A DNA stretch of 64,000 nt, taken from an uncultured Methanosarcinaceae archaeon. GTDB lineage: Archaea; Halobacteriota; Methanosarcinia; Methanosarcinales; Methanosarcinaceae. The position numbers and the translations under genes were made by a program. The stretch is from positions 608,001-672,000 of the forward strand of contig CAWJYV010000010.1 in assembly GCA_963847185.1 (NCBI GenBank). Reading direction: 5' to 3'. Below the pieces are notes generated by a model, which made no database searches, had not been told where the DNA came from, and saw only the letters and a program-made list of their open reading frames with translations. Below, in pieces: positions 61,762 to 64,000 of this stretch. Numbering within the stretch: the first letter of the stretch is position 1; every line of letters starts with the position of its first letter.

Positions 61762-62571
61762 ATGCTAAAAGCCATCGTTTCAAGTGTATTTTTTATTGTC
61801 GCATCGAGTCTTAGTAAGGAGATAGACAGGATATTTGCGCAGCATCAACAGCAAAAGCAGGTCATTGTCACTGAAGAGATGCTGCAAAAACTTCCAGAGC
61901 CTGTAAAAAGATATCTTGCATATACTGGAGTAGTTGGCAAACCGATGGTTCAAAAGGTAAGGCTTAAGCAGATAGGGAAAATTAGAAAAGATTTCACACA
62001 ACCCTGGATGAATTTTGAGGCTAAGCAATACTATTCCGTAAGTCCGCCTGGTTTCGTATGGGTTGCACATATGAAATTTTTCGGTTTGCCGTTTGTGCGG
62101 GTGAGAGATTATTATATGGAAGGAAAGGGCAGTATTCTGGTGAAAGCTCTTTCATTACTCACAATTGGTAATTCTGAAGGTAAGGAAATGGATCAGGGGG
62201 CAATGATGCGTTACCTTAACGAAATGATGTGGTTTCCATCGGCTTTTTTGGGAAAGAATGTTTCTTTCGAATATATTGATGCCAATTCAGCGAGAGTAAC
62301 GCTGAAGGACATTGATAAAAGTGTGACAGCAATAATGTACTTTGATGACGAAGGAAAATTGACAAACTTCATGGCTCCGCGTTATCGAGATATGGGCAAA
62401 GATAGATTTGAATTTGAACATTGGTCCACTCCGATTCGAGAATACGGTGAATTTGAAGGGCTCAACCTCCCCCGAAAAGGATCGGGAGTCTGGAATTTAA
62501 AAGAAGGCGATCTGGAATATATTGACGTAACCGTGACCGATTTAAATTATAACCCGGATGGGCCTTATTGA
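61762..62571 (+). CDS. DUF6544/DUF6920-like protein
   Basis: LPEPVKRYL, PGFVW, RYLNEMMWFP. Confidence 0.65.
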   Translation: MLKAIVSSVFFIVASSLSKEIDRIFAQHQQQKQVIVTEEMLQKLPEPVKRYLAYTGVVGKPMVQKVRLKQIGKIRKDFTQPWMNFEAKQYYSVSPPGFVWVAHMKFFGLPFVRVRDYYMEGKGSILVKALSLLTIGNSEGKEMDQGAMMRYLNEMMWFPSAFLGKNVSFEYIDANSARVTLKDIDKSVTAIMYFDDEGKLTNFMAPRYRDMGKDRFEFEHWSTPIREYGEFEGLNLPRKGSGVWNLKEGDLEYIDVTVTDLNYNPDGPY

Positions 62572-62646
62572 AGATCCTTGGGCTTATTAAGGAGTCTCTT
62601 TGAAGAATTAAAGGCAGCTTTAGTTATCCTTTCAACTTTCGGGTCA

Positions 62647-63192
62647 TTATCTTTTAATTTTCGACATCACACTCTGAGTAATCAGTTTTTCGTACTTTCT
62701 CCAGGTATTTTCATCAATTTCAGGCATAGATATACTATGAGCTTCACTTCTCGCAGGAGCGGTGCAGGAGTCGATTACTTTCTGGATGGCGGCAGGATCT
62801 TTATTTCCAACCATATCTATGACTTTTATTTCTCTGAGAAAGCGGGTGATTGCAGTCATCGGGATTTCATTTAAGTAGGGCAGGGATGCTTTTGAACCGA
62901 CTATTTTTCGCGAGCCTGCCATTGTAGAAACGCCATTTTCAGCAAGTGCAATCAGGGACTGACCTGGAAAATGGGCACTATCTTCTCCGCAGACGACCAG
63001 GCAGGTTATATTCGGGTTTGCAAGAACATTTGCAATTATTTTCTCAATCCCGAAGTTCTCAGAAAAGCAAGTTCCGCAGATAGCATAATTTTTCAGGTTC
63101 CAGATTCTATAGTCAGAGGTAAGAGTCACTACAGCTACGCTTGAATTTACATTCCCTATTACATAGTCACCATCAGTTACAGGCCACTCCAT
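62647..63192 (-). CDS. Soluble MtrA/MtxA-like corrinoid protein homolog
   Basis: WPVTDGDY..GN..S.VAVVTL, ENFGIEKIIANVLANPNI..L.VCG..HFPGQSL, PYLNEI; no TM anchor. Confidence 0.85.
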   Translation of the reverse strand: MEWPVTDGDYVIGNVNSSVAVVTLTSDYRIWNLKNYAICGTCFSENFGIEKIIANVLANPNITCLVVCGEDSAHFPGQSLIALAENGVSTMAGSRKIVGSKASLPYLNEIPMTAITRFLREIKVIDMVGNKDPAAIQKVIDSCTAPARSEAHSISMPEIDENTWRKYEKLITQSVMSKIKR

Positions 63193-63310
63193 AATATCGC
63201 TCCTGATCTCAAAAGGCAGTATCTCACTTGATTACTCAGAATAATGTTGTTTTTCTGAAACTTATACTATATGTTTTCACTGGATTATCATATCACTTTT
63301 ATAAGCTCAA

Positions 63311-64000
63311 CTATTCTCCTAAATCCTCAGAAATGCCTGCTGAAATTCTCTCGGCTTCAATTTCTGCCAGTCTTTCTTTTTCGATTTTTATAAGCCTGAA
63401 TGAGAGAAAAACAACTATGTATATTATTGCGGCTGCGATAAGGAAGGAAATTGCTCCGAAATGTGTATAGAGAAGGCCACCTGCCAGAAGGCCGATTATA
63501 CTTGCCAGGCTACTTGCACTCATGGCAAACCCCTGTACTGAGCCCTGATACTTATTTCCTGCAAATTTTGAGAGGATAGAGAGGATAGAGGGCCACATGA
63601 TTCCGTTTCCAAGCGCAAAAAAGACAGCTGCTATATATAAAAGGAAAAAATTTCCGGGGACTATGAGGATGAACTGCAGGCCAAGGATGAAGCCTCCACC
63701 GACTACCAGAAGCGATTCCCGATACCTTTTAGCAAGTCTTCCAAGAACAGGTCCCTGCACGAAAGCCATAAGGGCACTAATAACGGAGAAATAAATGCCA
63801 AGTGTGGCAGGATTCCATTCAAGGGCTGCAACAGCAAATATCGGGAATGCAGTATAATATATATTAAAACCCAGAAAGATAAGAAAATAAAGGGTCAGCA
63901 TGAAAGGGATATACTCAAGCTTGAAAATCTCGTTGAAGGTAACTTTATTTTCTCCTTCTACACGATAACATTCCTTTTGCTCCTGTCCAAGTACTTTCCT
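63311..64000 (-). CDS. MFS transporter (TetA/DHA1-like); 5' end beyond the window
   Basis: Six C-terminal TM helices; YQGSVQG..S..SLASIIG. Confidence 0.85.
   Translation of the reverse strand, partial: RKVLGQEQKECYRVEGENKVTFNEIFKLEYIPFMLTLYFLIFLGFNIYYTAFPIFAVAALEWNPATLGIYFSVISALMAFVQGPVLGRLAKRYRESLLVVGGGFILGLQFILIVPGNFFLLYIAAVFFALGNGIMWPSILSILSKFAGNKYQGSVQGFAMSASSLASIIGLLAGGLLYTHFGAISFLIAAAIIYIVVFLSFRLIKIEKERLAEIEAERISAGISEDLGE

Overview
Archaeal window, almost certainly Methanosarcina, judged from the vhx/vht/hyp gene order, PKD surface proteins, a PocR/PAS HisKA_2 kinase, eIF1A and an MtrA homolog. 1-11.3 kb: methanophenazine-reducing [NiFe]-hydrogenase locus (partial vhxG-like gene; vhtGACD with a frameshifted vhtG; divergent hypCDABE), with a peptidoglycan-binding-domain gene between the two hydrogenase operons. 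11.5-19.3 kb: gamma-carbonic anhydrase, cytochrome b5-like lipoprotein, a solo TnpB with two low-complexity insertions, and a PHP phosphoesterase facing two GT28-like glycosyltransferases. 20-36 kb is accessory: an IS66 with intact ends whose transposase has one in-frame amber codon, MITEs, two secreted PKD proteins sharing a ~700-bp cassette, three decayed tRNA-Leu copies, a GC-rich ppk2 + atypical P-type ATPase block, a folP relic and a large sensor kinase. 36-50 kb: frameshifted shikimate kinase, scattered glycan genes, an IS701-like element with a cognate MITE, and IS630/kinase debris. 50-64 kb: eIF1A, GH130 + debranching enzyme, esterase, Fe-ADH, LURP-one, two AI-2E permeases, an orphan soluble MtrA homolog and an MFS transporter. 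All family calls come from motif recognition by eye; no database searches were run.
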